The notes beneath the pieces are model-generated. The model did no database searches and was not told where the DNA came from. It was given only the letters and a program-made list of their open reading frames with translations. Shown here piece after piece: positions 26,201 through 38,900 of a DNA stretch of 64,000 nt. The position numbers were made by a program, and so were the translations under genes. Each line of letters begins with the position of its first letter. The first letter of the stretch is position 1. Source of the stretch: Lepidodermella squamata (Eukaryota; Animalia; Gastrotricha); the NCBI GenBank assembly GCA_047495785.1, contig JBLDXI010000013.1, forward strand, positions 4,464,001 through 4,528,000. Direction: 5' to 3'.

Positions 26201-29200
26201 GCTAGTATCGTCGTTTTTACACTAGCGGAGGGTTACGGAGGCGTTCTTTAATGCCATCAGTTGCCACACCTATTTCAAGGCTCTGTTTTGATTGCGCAAC
26301 TGAGCTTTCACGAGAAAGCGAATTTTCAATTTTCATTTTGTTTTCGGCATAAAAATGCCGCCGTTGTTTTGCTCAGGGAAAAATCAGCCGTTAGTACATA
26401 AAATCATGCTGGGTTTGCATCAACTTGAGCCACCTGAAAATCAATTTTCGTGGTTATGGCCCTCGAAATTAAAGCCATGGAGAAACAAAGATTCATTTTT
26501 GAATGTCACCGAAGTAATTTGACTGTCAAATGTGATCAAAATTTGCTATATATTTGCATTTACGGTCAAAATGAGTCACCTAATGCTATTCTTCAAGGCC
26601 GCGGCGATGTTTTCATTTTTCATATTTTTTCGAAAATGGGAACGATTAATCACCCTAGACAATGAACCGTGTTCTATGCCATAAGTTAATCAAACATAGA
26701 AACACAGGGAAAAATAGTTGACGAATATCTAAAATTCGAGGTAAATTCATATCTCATGGGCAGAAAAATCTTAGAAAAATTCAAAATGTCATGAGAATAG
26801 TAAGCAAGTATGTCACTTGTCAATGAGTTGTGAATAAGATGAAAGGGTCCAACGGGGTAAAATACCTTAATCAAAATTACGGAAGCAGTTAAAATCGGAG
26901 TTTTCCGGGTTTTCTCCGCTAAATTTTTAAATTTATTCGGTAAAATGGCGGATGAAGGATCGAATATTCTCCTTGGATTTTTTTTCCAAAATTACGTCTA
27001 AAAATTTGCAAATTTGCGTAAATTCCAGGACACGTATTTTTGTAGGTTACGAATTTATTTAGAAAAATATGACTAAATTCTCAAGCGATGGCCATCAGCT
27101 GAACCAAATTCAAACAATTTTCGACGTTCGGGTTGTAGCCGAATATTCTTTTGCTGATCAAATTTCCGACTGGCAAATGGCAAAATTTGTAAATTTAATC
27201 AATAACACAATTATTGAAAAAATTCAATGTGTCGAAATATTCGAATAATAATTGAGGCTACTAGTAAAAATGACTTAGTAAAAATCTACGTAGCTTAGGG
27301 CACCAGGTAGCTAAAATAAAAAATCCTAGTTTCAGGGAGGGCATCAGTATCGATCAAAGGCTCACCACCAAGCGTCACAGGAACACACCACTTGCAGCAG
27401 CGATTACGCAACGCAAATAACTCGCTGCGTTGCGCTCTTTTTAATTCGTGTTGCACTTTGGTTGAAATATGATGCGCGTGCGACGCTTATTTATTTTCTG
27501 CTGCACTTCGGTATTTTGTGTGGCGCTGTGGTTTTCAGCGTCGATCAAAAACTGAAAACGCCGAAATCGCAATGAATGTAAAAAATTTAGTTCCAGGACG
27601 CTCAAAATTAGTGCTGAAGCCTTGTTTTTAGTGGTGCCATTATTTGGGCCCTATAACAATCCTGTGATTTGAACAGTGGTCCTCAACCTATTTTCGCTAA
27701 CTACCAAAAATTAGCCGGCCGGGAACCTTTCCGGTTGAATCGCCGCTTGTCAACAATTTAGAATGTTTGTTCTAGCGGACGAGGGACGAGTGAAAAATGA
27801 CCAAAAAAGCTTAGAATTAGAAATGATAAAATATATGAACTATGAACTATGAAATAGGTAAGGTCTAATAGCAATTTTCAGATTCAAATACTTGAAGTCA
27901 AAACGCGCGCGAAATGCAAGTGATAAACATGCGGACCTCTGCAGACCGCAAAGAACGAGGCAAAATCGGCGGGAAAATCGCGACTTAAGACTTGAGAGTC
28001 ACTGAATTTAGTAATCCTCTTTGTACCTATCATTTTGTATCATTTAGTATCTTGATTTCAGGTGAATTTTCAAAGTTAAAAGCAAAAGCTTGAATGAACA
28101 TCATGTAAAAAATAAAAATATATATTTCAACTTTTCAGTTTTGATTCATCAACCATTGTTGCGTCACAAAATTAAGTGCGTAAACAGATAAATTTAGGGT
28201 TTTTCAATCGCCGCAAACTCAGCAGCGCGATAGCTCTAATTTCGGACGTCCGAAATTCGGCACACTACCCTGTCCGAATTTGAGGCACAACAAGTTAGAA
28301 CGGTTCACCAGGGGATTCCGTATAAAGTTTAAACGCCACGAAATTTTTATCTTCGAATCTATACTATAATATTTTGGACCTTTTATCATGGAATCGGTCT
28401 GTATGGTGTAAATGAACGTTTTAGCGATTTTTAAATAATATTTGTGGGTGTGTGAGCCATGTGGCCGACGTTCAAATGGTCGTATTCGCGCGGCTTATTT
28501 AGAAATATGCCTAAACGTGCTGGGAAGACCGTCAAGAAGGGCAAAAAATGTACGTACAATAAGATAGCTCCAGGCTTGAAGGACAAGATCAAGCCATTTC
28601 ATGAAGCCGCGATGGACTGTGTCAAGACAGCACGAGTCAAACTTCAAAGTTAACTGGCGCGTGCTCGTTTATTCTACTCGTGAGGATGTTTTGTTGCTGT
28701 TAGTACAGGATTTGTGGAGTGATGAATGAGTAAATAAACAAAAATGGGGTTAAAGAATTTCAACATCTGAGCAACGTCTTGGCACGCATGATAATTGAAA
28801 AAAACGTAAAATTAAGTAGTTCTGATTAATGAACAGAGGAACCCACGAAAATTACCGAATTCTTACAGTATCAGTATCTAGCTGGGATCTGGATGTTAAT
28901 TCTCATCCTCTTCAATGAAATACTAGAGACGGAGGACAAATTCATAAATTCCGTAGCTAAAAGTAAGGACACCTTTAGAAACTCAACCATCGCTTTCAAA
29001 CCACGAAACGAATCGAAACGTTTTACGCGCTCACATTGCGCGCAAGTTGCGAGCACGCGGACCCGCTTCCAAAATTCAATGTAAATGTATCCTCATGTAT
29101 TTTTATGTGTTCTTAACATTATGACCTTTCATATAGGATAATTACATAATAAATTATTTCCTTGATAATATAGTGTTTTTTTTTTAGGAAATTCGAGAGC

Positions 29201-30864
29201 TGGGCTAGGGTTCAGGGTCAACGTTAGGGTTCGGGTTTTTTCAAAGTTCGACTTTAGGGCACTTGCACTTCGCCAATATCAATTTCCGAGCGGAGAAAAA
29301 TTACTACGCAATCGGAACCCCGTTTATTCCGAAGTAAATTCGCAGCTCAAGTCGGCTTTTGGGTTACTCACACGCCATTAAAATATCACCCATCAGGACT
29401 TGGATGTTCTTCATAATAATACGAATATTGCTATATTTAACAACTCACGTCCGACTTTTTCGCTCCTCGACCGGGACCATGTCATTCAGAGCTGCCGCAA
29501 CAGCTTGATGGTACAGCTCGTACTTGGTTGGGTCACGCTCGAACGTTTCATACGTCTGCGACTCGAGGTTGTCCATCAGCGGCTGAAGCGGGCACTGCAG
29601 GCAGTCTTCGTAGCCAGATGCGAATTCTTCGATGACATTTTTCGGCGGCATTGTCTTGTACATGTGCGCGAGATACTGCGCATACACTTGATAGCCTTTT
29701 TCCGACCTGCAGTGGCCGGTTATCACTGGCTGCGTTCCAAGCTGTAAATGAGATATGAAAAAATTGGTTCAAATCCAAAATCGCAAAAAATTATTAAAAG
29801 ACAAAATTATCTGTGTTGACTTTTGAATCGATTTAAATATGAATTTTTTCACAATTTCGATTATTTTTCATTATTTAAACAATTTTTAGCTATTTTTTCG
29901 ATTTATTGCGAATACTGACCCTGAAAATTCGCTGCAACATGTTTTGATGAACTTTCGGCAACACCGGATAGCTGGCACGATTTACTAGAAAGGCACTTGT
30001 ATCAACGAAAACGGCTCGAATCGGCTCCCCAAGCCACCTTTGAAACGCAGTCTACGCAAGCCAGCCAAATTAAATCATTTTTTCAAATCACAATAAAAAA
30101 CCGACTTCATCCGGGGCATTTGGACCAATCATCAAGGCGAGCCCGACTCTCAGCTGATTTTGCGTCAAAATTCGTAGACGATTCCACCAAGTCCACGGGT
30201 CGTTTTCTGGATCTGGATTTTCAGTCGTAGGACCACACGCTGGAATAGCGATCCAAACTTGGCTAACAAATCCGTGTAATTTCGAGAAATGCGAGTACAA
30301 AATCCGAGCGAGATTAGCGCAATTCGGCCCTCGTAACTGGTAAACAACGGCTGAAACAGCTAGATGAGAGGCGAGCGATAATTCTTCCAAAAAAGCCTGT
30401 AATTTCGCAATTATAGCAATTCAATTTTTCGATTTCTACTGCAAGACCTTTTCAGATATGTGCCGTTCAGCGTCGTTCGGATCGTCGACATCGATCCAGG
30501 ATGAAAGGCGAGGCACGACAACGTGCTGCCAATCTGAGATTTTAATTCAATTTTCATCGATTTTTTCTTTCATGTCGTTATTTGACTGTCTTACCATCGC
30601 TGCTAATGACCATGTCCGAGCGCGTGCTTGGTCTCGCTATTTCTTCACTGTCATCTGCATTTACGCGACGGCGCCGTCTCGGATGAAAAAGTGGTGTGAC
30701 AACAAATCCGAAGCTAAACAAAACAACAAAATAATCGATCATTTCCGCTCCGTAGCACTCAAACTATCATCCTACCCCTGAGTTTTCGATTCAGCAAGGC
30801 ATGACGGCAGATCGCTCGTGAAACAAAAGTCGCGGCCAAATACTAGACTCTTCTGGTTTTTCAT
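20213..30864 (-). CDS. PRMT5: Protein arginine N-methyltransferase 5. Exons 30864-30776, 30713-30595, 30533-30448, 30396-30106, 30051-29920, 29741-29449, 22902-22385, 20544-20213
   Basis: TIM barrel ([21 protein letters not shown]), [97 protein letters not shown]. Confidence 0.97.
21949..22191. repeat. ~40-bp direct repeat pair with intervening inverted copies of the CGCTGTT motif
   Basis: GCGTTCGCTGTTTCGGGTATTCGCTGTTATGGCGGTCTG occurs at about 21949 and about 22153, with several AACAGCG copies between them. Probably a MITE remnant. Confidence 0.65.
23164..23720. mobile_element. Tc1/pogo-type MITE with TA TSD
   Basis: TIR CAGTAGTTTTGC(G/A)TTAAGCC at both ends, TA flanks, and internal AAGCCGGAC repeats. 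Confidence 0.88.
23955..24356. mobile_element. piggyBac-type MITE
   Basis: TTAA|CCCTTAGCCGCCG ... CGGCGGCTAAGGG|TTAA: TTAA TSD and CCC/GGG termini. Internal ATGACGTGTTAAC repeats. Confidence 0.9.
24798..25580. mobile_element. Tc1/pogo-type MITE with TA TSD
   Basis: TIR CCGTATTCCCTTGCAAACTGTGGCA / TGCCACAGTTTGCAAGGGAATACGG, with TA on both sides. Confidence 0.88.
26020..26251 (+). pseudogene. Truncated copy of the secreted-peptide gene family (promoter plus signal exon only)
   Basis: CCTTTCCTATCACGTGAA...TTAGGAGGCTAC...TCCCGCAATGAACAAATTGCTGATCGCCATCTTGCTAGCG aligns with 48450-48266 (minus strand). The donor GT has become GC, the TATA is degraded and no second exon was found. Read-through gives 27 aa. 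Confidence 0.75.
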
Positions 30865-31162
30865 TTCACGCAATACGTATCTACTGGAAAATAATCGATA
30901 AATTGTGTCCGCTCATAATGCTTTAATGGCATTTTCGCCGAGCCGCAAACATGATTGCGCGCAAACAAGTGAATATCATCAGCGAATTTATTATTGAAGC
31001 CGAATAATACGCATCTATGTACGTGACTAGCGACTATATACCAACGAGAGAAATCTATTTACAAAAATACTCGTCAACAAAAATGAAGACGGAAGAGAAA
31101 AATGTCTTTGGCACGAAATTTTAAGCACAATATCGAGTCCTAAGAATCCCAAATGAGCAAAA

Positions 31163-32041
31163 TCAGACCGGTGATGGCTTTTTTGTCGTACTCGGCCGTG
31201 GAATATTGCAGGGTTTTTCGTTATTAGCGCTGCTTTCTGACCGTAAATCCGTCACAGCCTGATGATATCCAGTGTGAAAACCGGCCATGTACCAACTCAT
31301 GAGTGCGCAGTGCAGAGTTGACGACGAGGGGCCAGCCGGCGACTGCATAAGAGGCATAGCACTCGGTGAGAGTGCAGGAGGTAGCATGAACGCGTTCGGT
31401 TGACGCGAAGAAGAACAACCACAAGAATCACAAGAGCCACTGGCTTTTTGATGTTGTTGATCTTGTTGAATAGACGGAGAGTAATTACTGAATTGATGAG
31501 TAGATTGCTGTTGCGGTTGCTGTTGCTGCGGCTGTTGCGGATGTTGAGGGGGATGATAAGTAACCGGAGCGATTTCGTTGAGTAGTTTTTCATCCTCCTC
31601 ATCATAACCGATATAGCGAACAGTGCAAGAGAAGGTAGACTTTGAGATCTCAATGATTTCTGCCTCATAAGGCAACCCGTCTTCATATAACGCCATACAC
31701 TTATCACCGACTTTCCAGCGAATTTGGGGCGAGTGAGATACGAAAGATACATCTTCATTAGGCTTGTTACCTAGGCTTTCGTTGTGTTTCGTGTTTTTCA
31801 ACGCTGATTTGATTGGCTTGCGCTTGACATCGGGAGTGACGTCAGATCCTTGAAGCTTGCTCAAAGCTAGCTTTCGGCTTTTCTCGTAAGCGCGAATCAA
31901 TGCTTCATCGTCAATATCGACCTCGTCGTCAAGCGAGGATGAGTTATCAGCTGGGTCTTTCGAAGCACCTCTACTCCAGATCACAGAACCTGCTGCAGCT
32001 GCAGCTGTATTTCCAGAAGCGCTATCCATAACTATTGACAT
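31163..32041 (-). CDS. SMN: Survival motor neuron protein, single coding exon (start 32041 or 32029)
   Basis: Gemin2-binding DDEALIRAYEK, Tudor domain WKVGDKCMALYEDGLPYEAEI...CTVRYIGY, and YG box LMSWYMAGFHTGYHQ. Confidence 0.95.
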   Translation of the reverse strand: MSIVMDSASGNTAAAAAGSVIWSRGASKDPADNSSSLDDEVDIDDEALIRAYEKSRKLALSKLQGSDVTPDVKRKPIKSALKNTKHNESLGNKPNEDVSFVSHSPQIRWKVGDKCMALYEDGLPYEAEIIEISKSTFSCTVRYIGYDEEDEKLLNEIAPVTYHPPQHPQQPQQQQPQQQSTHQFSNYSPSIQQDQQHQKASGSCDSCGCSSSRQPNAFMLPPALSPSAMPLMQSPAGPSSSTLHCALMSWYMAGFHTGYHQAVTDLRSESSANNEKPCNIPRPSTTKKPSPV

Positions 32042-32939
32042 ACATCTAACAAACTGTGAGTGAAAAAGTGAAGTGTTAGTGCACCGTGAAAAGAATAAAG
32101 TATAAAAGAAACCGTGAAAGTGGAGTGAAAGAAAACGTGAAGTAATGTGACCACCAAAACTTAAATCCAGTAAAGTAAACCCATTGATCACGGTCAAGAA
32201 AGAGTATTATTTAAGAAATGAGCAATGAAGACTCATGTATGGACTGAGCAATAAGATGGATGCAGCACATCGCACGTCATCCAACTTCAACCCAATGAGG
32301 TATCAAACATCGCTACTTGGCTAAAAAACATCGCGATCAAGAAAACAGTTTCTATTGAATGATTCACGCTATCTAGCTATCTACGCTATCTAGCCGCTGC
32401 TAGCCACAGAGAGTCGTCGCAATCGGCAATCAGTATCGGACATAGGCCTTCCGCGGCTATCTCGTAGCTCAATTTCAAGAAGTCGAAGTTCTTTTGGAGT
32501 GAAGAGCAAAGCCCGCGTGGTTTTCAACGTCAAGGTCGCGCGGGCTCTTCAGTCTTTCCGCCGCCGGAAACTCAATTCAGCTGTTCGGCAGATGTGGGGC
32601 CATAAAATTGGCATATTGCAATTCAGAAATATGCAATTTATGGTCAGCAAGAGTTTTGAATAAAAATCTGAATAATTAAATACAGTTCGAAAATAAATGA
32701 ACCCGCCTTTAAAAATCAAAAATCTTCCGCCGCGAGCTGGTTCCGCGATTTGCCCGACTCAGAACTCAGACCTTTTCAGACTTTCAGACCTGATTACTCT
32801 TTTTCATTTCTGCGTGATCGCTTATCGCTTGTGATGACATTTAACTTTACCGACAATGTGATATGATTTCTCCTGCTTTGTCTTTTCTGTTTCTTTTCTG
32901 CTAACTCATGCTTAATGAATGATTCATTATTTGAATTAG
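32042..32939. promoter_or_regulatory. Divergent (bidirectional) intergenic region between SMN and PHF14
   Basis: Head-to-head genes about 0.9 kb apart with a CpG-containing centre. Each ATG is immediately preceded by a splice acceptor. Confidence 0.5.
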
Positions 32940-35900
32940 ATGGAAGAACCTTCGTCTAGCTTACCTACAGAACTCAACTTCTTGCTAAGAGGCAGAGCTC
33001 CAGGGAAACGTCAGATTAAACCAGTTTCTATTGAGCAAGCTCAAGCCAGTTTGGCGTGGGTAAAAAATATTTGCGGAGACGATGACGAGGAAGAAGATGC
33101 CGATGGCGCTCCTGATATAATCTCGCCGAAAGCTGCCTCGGAAAATGGCGATGATGGCGAGACGCAGGAAGAATTAGATGAAGATGAGGCAGCGGACGAC
33201 GAAGAGGAAGAAGCTTCCTTAGGCGAAGAAGCCAGCGACGAAGAAGAAGACAGAGGCGAACATTCTGCAGACGAAGAGGAATCTGTTGATGAAGTTGGAC
33301 CGGAAGATCTTTCTGAAGACAATCCTGTTGAATCAGAGCTAACAGTTGATCAGAAGCCTCTTAAACTTGTTGTGAAGCGCGCTGTTCAAGTTGCCACGGT
33401 TGAAGAGCAGCACGAAGATGAACCTGAACAGGTTCCAGCTGGCCTAGGTTTCTTGCTTAAAACTCGCGCACCTGGCAAACGCAAGATCAAACCAGTCTCT
33501 GCCGAGAAAGCTGCAATCCTCGCCGAACTCGGTGGTAGTGATGATGACGACGAAGACTTCCAATGCGCGGCTGACCCTCATGAAAACGACGACAATAGTA
33601 ACACATCAGCCGCTAGCGAAGACAGCGATGATAGTGACTACTCTCCTGCCAAGAAGAAAACCAACAAGAAGAATGGCCACAAAAATGGTTACCATTCAGA
33701 CGATTCAGACGTTCAAATAACCAAAGAAGAACATAACTCTATCCATATTGATCTCGATTCATTCGATAATTCATCATCAGTGTCATCGAAACCTCAAGAA
33801 TTGCCATCTGGTAGTGGTCCGAAGGTCGAAACACTAGTTTGTTTAGTTTGCCTGAAAGAAAATAACGATAATCCCGATAACGAGCTGGTTCAATGTGATG
33901 GCTGTGGTATAGCCTGTCATGTTTTATGTTATGGTATAAGCAAAATCAAACTATTCGCTACTGATCTTTAATTCATTTGTTTCTCTATAGGAATCGGCGA
34001 ACTGAGTGATCTAGGCATGGATGACGGCAGATCCACGCCGCTTTCTACAGCTTCGACTGAGCCGTGGTTTTGCGACTCATGTCGTGCCAGTTCTCAGAAA
34101 GTTTCTTGTCAGCTATGCCCAAACGAGGGCGGAGCTTTCAAGCAAACAGATTCAGGCCACTGGGTACATCTAATTTGTGCCCTTTACACCGGCTGCAGCT
34201 TCGGCGAAGTCGGTGGTCTATCACGTGTCAATGTTAACACTATCAAACAGAAACAATGGGGCTCTCGGGTTTGCTCATTATGTCCGGATCCTCAGTTTGC
34301 TAGCACAGGTTCGTCGTCGAATATTTTCCACTGTCTTGTTTGTTTATTTAAAATTTTCAACAGGAGTTTGTATCTCATGTGATGCTGGAATGTGTCGAAT
34401 GGTTTTCCACGTAACGTGTGCTCAACGTGAGGGCCTATTAGCCGAAGCTCCAGTGGCCGTAGCAGCTTCAGTACTCACATCAGCAATGCATTCTCCGATG
34501 GCGAAAATGCCAAAAGCGCATAGAAATGATTATTCGTCGGACGAGGAGGAAAAAAAGCAGCGCAAGCGGCAAGCGGCTGCTACCGAAGCAGCTGATCCGT
34601 TTTACGCATGTTGTAAACGGCATTCAAATCCGGAGGCCACAAAGAAAAACAGACGAAATTGTTTGGCTGCTTTTCGGATTTGCAATACGTTCAAGCAAGA
34701 CGATCGATGGGAATTAGGTAACATTAATTAGCCGTTTTTTCGATTATATTTTTATTATGTGCAACAATTCCCAAGTCATAATTACATCCTCATTTACGGA
34801 CATTTGGTCCGACTTGAGTTGGTCTGCCTAGACAAACTAATCCTCTCAATTTATTGAGCTGATTGATCACCTCTTCCAAATTTTTCAGTATTTTAGCGTG
34901 GTCATTTCGCCTATGTCCATTGAAATCTTGTATCAGTTGGCTTTCGCGCCTCTCCGCCAATATCCGAGTACAATTACCAGTGTTCCCTCTAAGGTGTAGG
35001 CTTATTTGTTGAAGCAAGTATTACCGAAAATCTTGGTTGTCAACTAGCTATGCTTAAATGTCAAGCATGCTTAAAAAAAATCGCGCTCGCTCGTAGTTTT
35101 TATTTATACTTCATCTCAATCGCTTCATATCGTTCGTGTTGCGACGTAAGGAACCGCCAGTGCTAGCGCATATTTCTATATATCATTAGACCACTTCATA
35201 GCGGTTGTTTACAACTGCGGGGCGGTTGCATCCCAAATTACTATCTTCAGTTCACAGGGGCTATAAAATTGCCATTAGCAGCGGTCTTGCATTCTCAGCG
35301 ATTCTTGACCCTTGAAGAGAGTAACTCAGCTTCTTCGCCTATAAACTTTTCTCACTCAAATGTTTCTCATGCTTTTCATGAATTCTTCGATCGAAGATTC
35401 TACGGGTAGCAAAAACGAGTGACCACGACCTGGTGCCGTACATTTATCTTTATTTTAAGGCAGCAAAATGAGCTAAGGAAATTAAACCAATATAGTAATT
35501 CATCACACACTGAGTTCCAGCAGGACGGGCGATAACAGGTAACAGGTTGAATAGTAGCCAGCACTCAGCAATAATTTAGAGCGACCTTTTGCCGGAATTT
35601 TGCCAATTTCCATCTCATATCTCCAATCAATGTCCAATTCCAGTAACCAATCAGTTATAACAAAATTGGCGAATTCGAGTAAATTTTGAAGTAAAAAAAT
35701 CCTATCGAAAATTCAGAATTTAAAATGTGATGCAGCAGTTGATAGAATGCAGAGAAATACCTAACTGCAGTCGATAGATGTTGAGATCGAGAGTTTGAAG
35801 GATAACGTGATTAGTACCCATTGTAATCCACTGGGTAATTAAATTGCAAGTGGCAGCCATCATTTGAAAAATACATGGAATGATTCGGGCAGAAGGTAAC

Positions 35901-38900
35901 TAAAATAACAAGCCACAGTTATGGAGTGGGGCCGGGTACGGGTCGGGTTCCGGTCTGACTTTGAGACCCGCCTCTAGTACTAAGCCTCTAGGCTCAAAAC
36001 CCTTAGATAACTACGGGCCGGGTCGGGTTCCCAACATTAGGCCCGTGGAACACTCTGCAATGACGCTAACAACTACGTCGCAGTGATGGTGACTTATTCT
36101 GCCTCACTTGATTTGGTTAAGCTGTTTCCTAAACATAAAAGCATTTCCCTATCTATTTTAGACTGATTAAATGTTAAATACTAACATTCAGCGCAAATAC
36201 TGTGCTTTGATTTAGCTTTGCCAAGCAGAAAAAATCGTACTATTACTCGAGAGAAAAGGTGAAAGATCCACTCATAACCTGTCCTCATCATAAGTAGATT
36301 TTCGCCTCCAGTTACTCTGAAACCCCGAGAATTATATGTGAATTCTTTAATATGTGATAAGTTTTAACTCAATAACCTGAAGGCTGATGAAACCAACAGG
36401 AAAAAAGCAACTTTCGGATTGCTCATTGAGATATCTCTATCGGCAATTGGGGGATTGCCTTATACGATACGACATATTAAGATTCTGTGTGCTGTGGGTT
36501 CCTTACATCGCAACACGAACGATATTGCTATCACAATTAAACATTCAAAAAATTGCAAGAAAATTTCGCGATTCATCTCCTCCTCCTCGCCTTCGTCATC
36601 CTCAGAAATCATTTCAAAAGGTTCAGCCTATTGTGGAGAGTCATTTTCGTCGACATACGCTGCCATCTTCCCCAACTTCTCAGTCATTTGGCGACGCTTT
36701 TTAACACTGCGCTAAATTGCGTACGCCGACTTGACTGGCCCTACTATTTTTTCCAGGGATATAGAAGGGTGGCAAAATCAGAGCCTGCTTCAATCGCTGC
36801 CAATCAGCGAGAAATTCGGGGCGTGATGATTCAAAATTGTTGAACAATACTTCGCATGAATCTCCAATCTCCTCCGTAGCGTCGTTGCCAAATTGGCCTC
36901 TGGAAGTACGCGGAAAATGTTGACTTCGCATTTTATAAATGATAAAGATTATACCGATCCTCGGCGCTGAAGACAAGCTGAGGATCGGAAAAGCAAAAAT
37001 TCAAACGAAATTCTTCATCGGGAAAGCGACGGTCAAGTTCTTCAGCCAACACTGAACACATCTTGCTGAGGTTAAGTCGAATTGAAATATTTTCAGATTC
37101 CGCCAATGAATCGTTAACTTTACCGACTGCGTCTTCAAACTTCAAACCACTTTTCCTGGGTCGAATTAAGGGCAACGAAATTGCGCACGCGCTTGACTTG
37201 CATTGAGCCGAAATGGGGTCCAGTTCCGATTTTCGCAGAAACCTGTAAAGCTCGCCTATTTCTTCCAACAGAGAGCCAAGGAGACGTCGGCGCAAATTGA
37301 ATTTAGCATCTTTCATCTTTTTCGAAATGCCTTTCACTAATTTGTCGTTTGACCTCGTTGCCTCTTCTTCAAAGTATATAACCAAAAGATTGTACTGGCG
37401 AGTGATCGAATTGATAGCATCGCTTCTGGAGAGCCAACGAATAGCATGAATGCCCTTTACAGCAAAGTAATCTTCTTCCAATAGCTTGCCAAGCTTGGAA
37501 AACCGCTGTTTGCGATCGGCAGATTTAGAAAAATAGTTGTAAATAGGTTTGACTGTCGGTTCCAGCTGTTTGAAAACCTTGCAGCTCTTCTTGTTCAATG
37601 CGTCGTTCACACCTAAATGTGGGCGACGCAATGTTGATATTGAAGGACACTTTTTCTTCAACAAAACTTTCGCACAACCAATGCAGCCACGCATGACCGA
37701 AGCTCCGTCAGTCACTAGCTGAACATAATTACGTAAATCGATTCCGCAGCTAGTCAGAGCATCACAAATTTTCTTGACTATTGCGTTCGCTATCGCACCA
37801 CCGGAAACATCAATCGGCTGGAAAAACATGGTTCGCCCCGGAATTCGAATGTAAAGAACTAGGCACTTTGTTATCGAAACATCAGTCGATTCATCGGCGA
37901 TGATGGTATAACAGGTGGCTTTCTTGACACCTGTCAACTGTCTCGCGTCGTAAAACTTTTTTAATCGCGAACAAAAATTCCCAGGCATAGTTTTTGCCCC
38001 TGTGGGACGAAGTTAGAATAACACGCAAGACGACGACTAAGTTCGCCAACGACTGCCACTTCAACAGAGAAACATTTTCCAGCGCAAGCCAATACCGGGC
38101 GTTCGCATAATAATACTCTTCTAAAAATAGCTTAGCTACTTTTTGCATTCATTTGAGCTTTTTTGTAGCTATTTTTAGCTCACCCAGAGTATTATTACGC
38201 GAACGCCCTGTAGACCAACATTAAGATTCTTTTGTCGGATGACTTATTTTTGCTCGTGCTTGGCTGATCTTCGACAGCCAGTGTGCTAGGCGTCGATTCC
38301 GCGGTTCTTTTCTTTGGCGGCGGCGAGGCGAACAATTCGTCAAGCTTAGCCTGACGCTTTTGAGGAGGAGGCGTCATTGTATTGAAAATATTCTCAATTT
38401 CTTCTATTTTCGAAAAAATTCAAAAATTATGAAAATTCCAGTAAATAAATTTAAAACCAGCTTCGCGTTTTGAAATGATCAAAATTTAGTTACTAATTTG
38501 AAAAAGTGAATGAACACCAGCTTTGTGTACACGTGCCTCAGATAAGCGTGCCAAAACTTGAAAAATCTTGATTTTTCATTTTTCTTATTTGCCAAGGCCC
38601 TTTTCTTATTTGTCCGCGGTATTTTCTTATTTGTCCATTACTTGTCTCCAAGGCTTAGCGGGGACACTGACAATAACCTGCTTTATGCACTCCTTTGAAT
38701 CCATTATATACTACTGTCTCTAGTTTCGAACAAGGAAGAAGGTAAAGCTTATGGGCTTTATAATCGTTCGAGTTTTCTCCGAAATCTTTTCGCCCTCGAT
38801 AAATCAAAGGAGTTTCGACTAGGCCCTCAAACCCGTAAATCGCTATAAATCCGAACTTTTTTCCATAACGTGTTTAGGCGGCTCGTTATTTTAGCTAGGA

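Noticed and set aside
28240-29090. Short ORFs and repeats resembling a decayed DNA transposon
   Set aside because: No TIR pair, TSD or catalytic motif could be fixed by eye.
29200-29262. TTAGGG-like telomeric motifs
   Set aside because: Too few and too degenerate to call an interstitial telomere.
32042-32197. Hydrophobic N-terminal extension of the SMN ORF
   Set aside because: Starts at a non-ATG codon and is a pyrimidine-rich acceptor region upstream of the real ATG.
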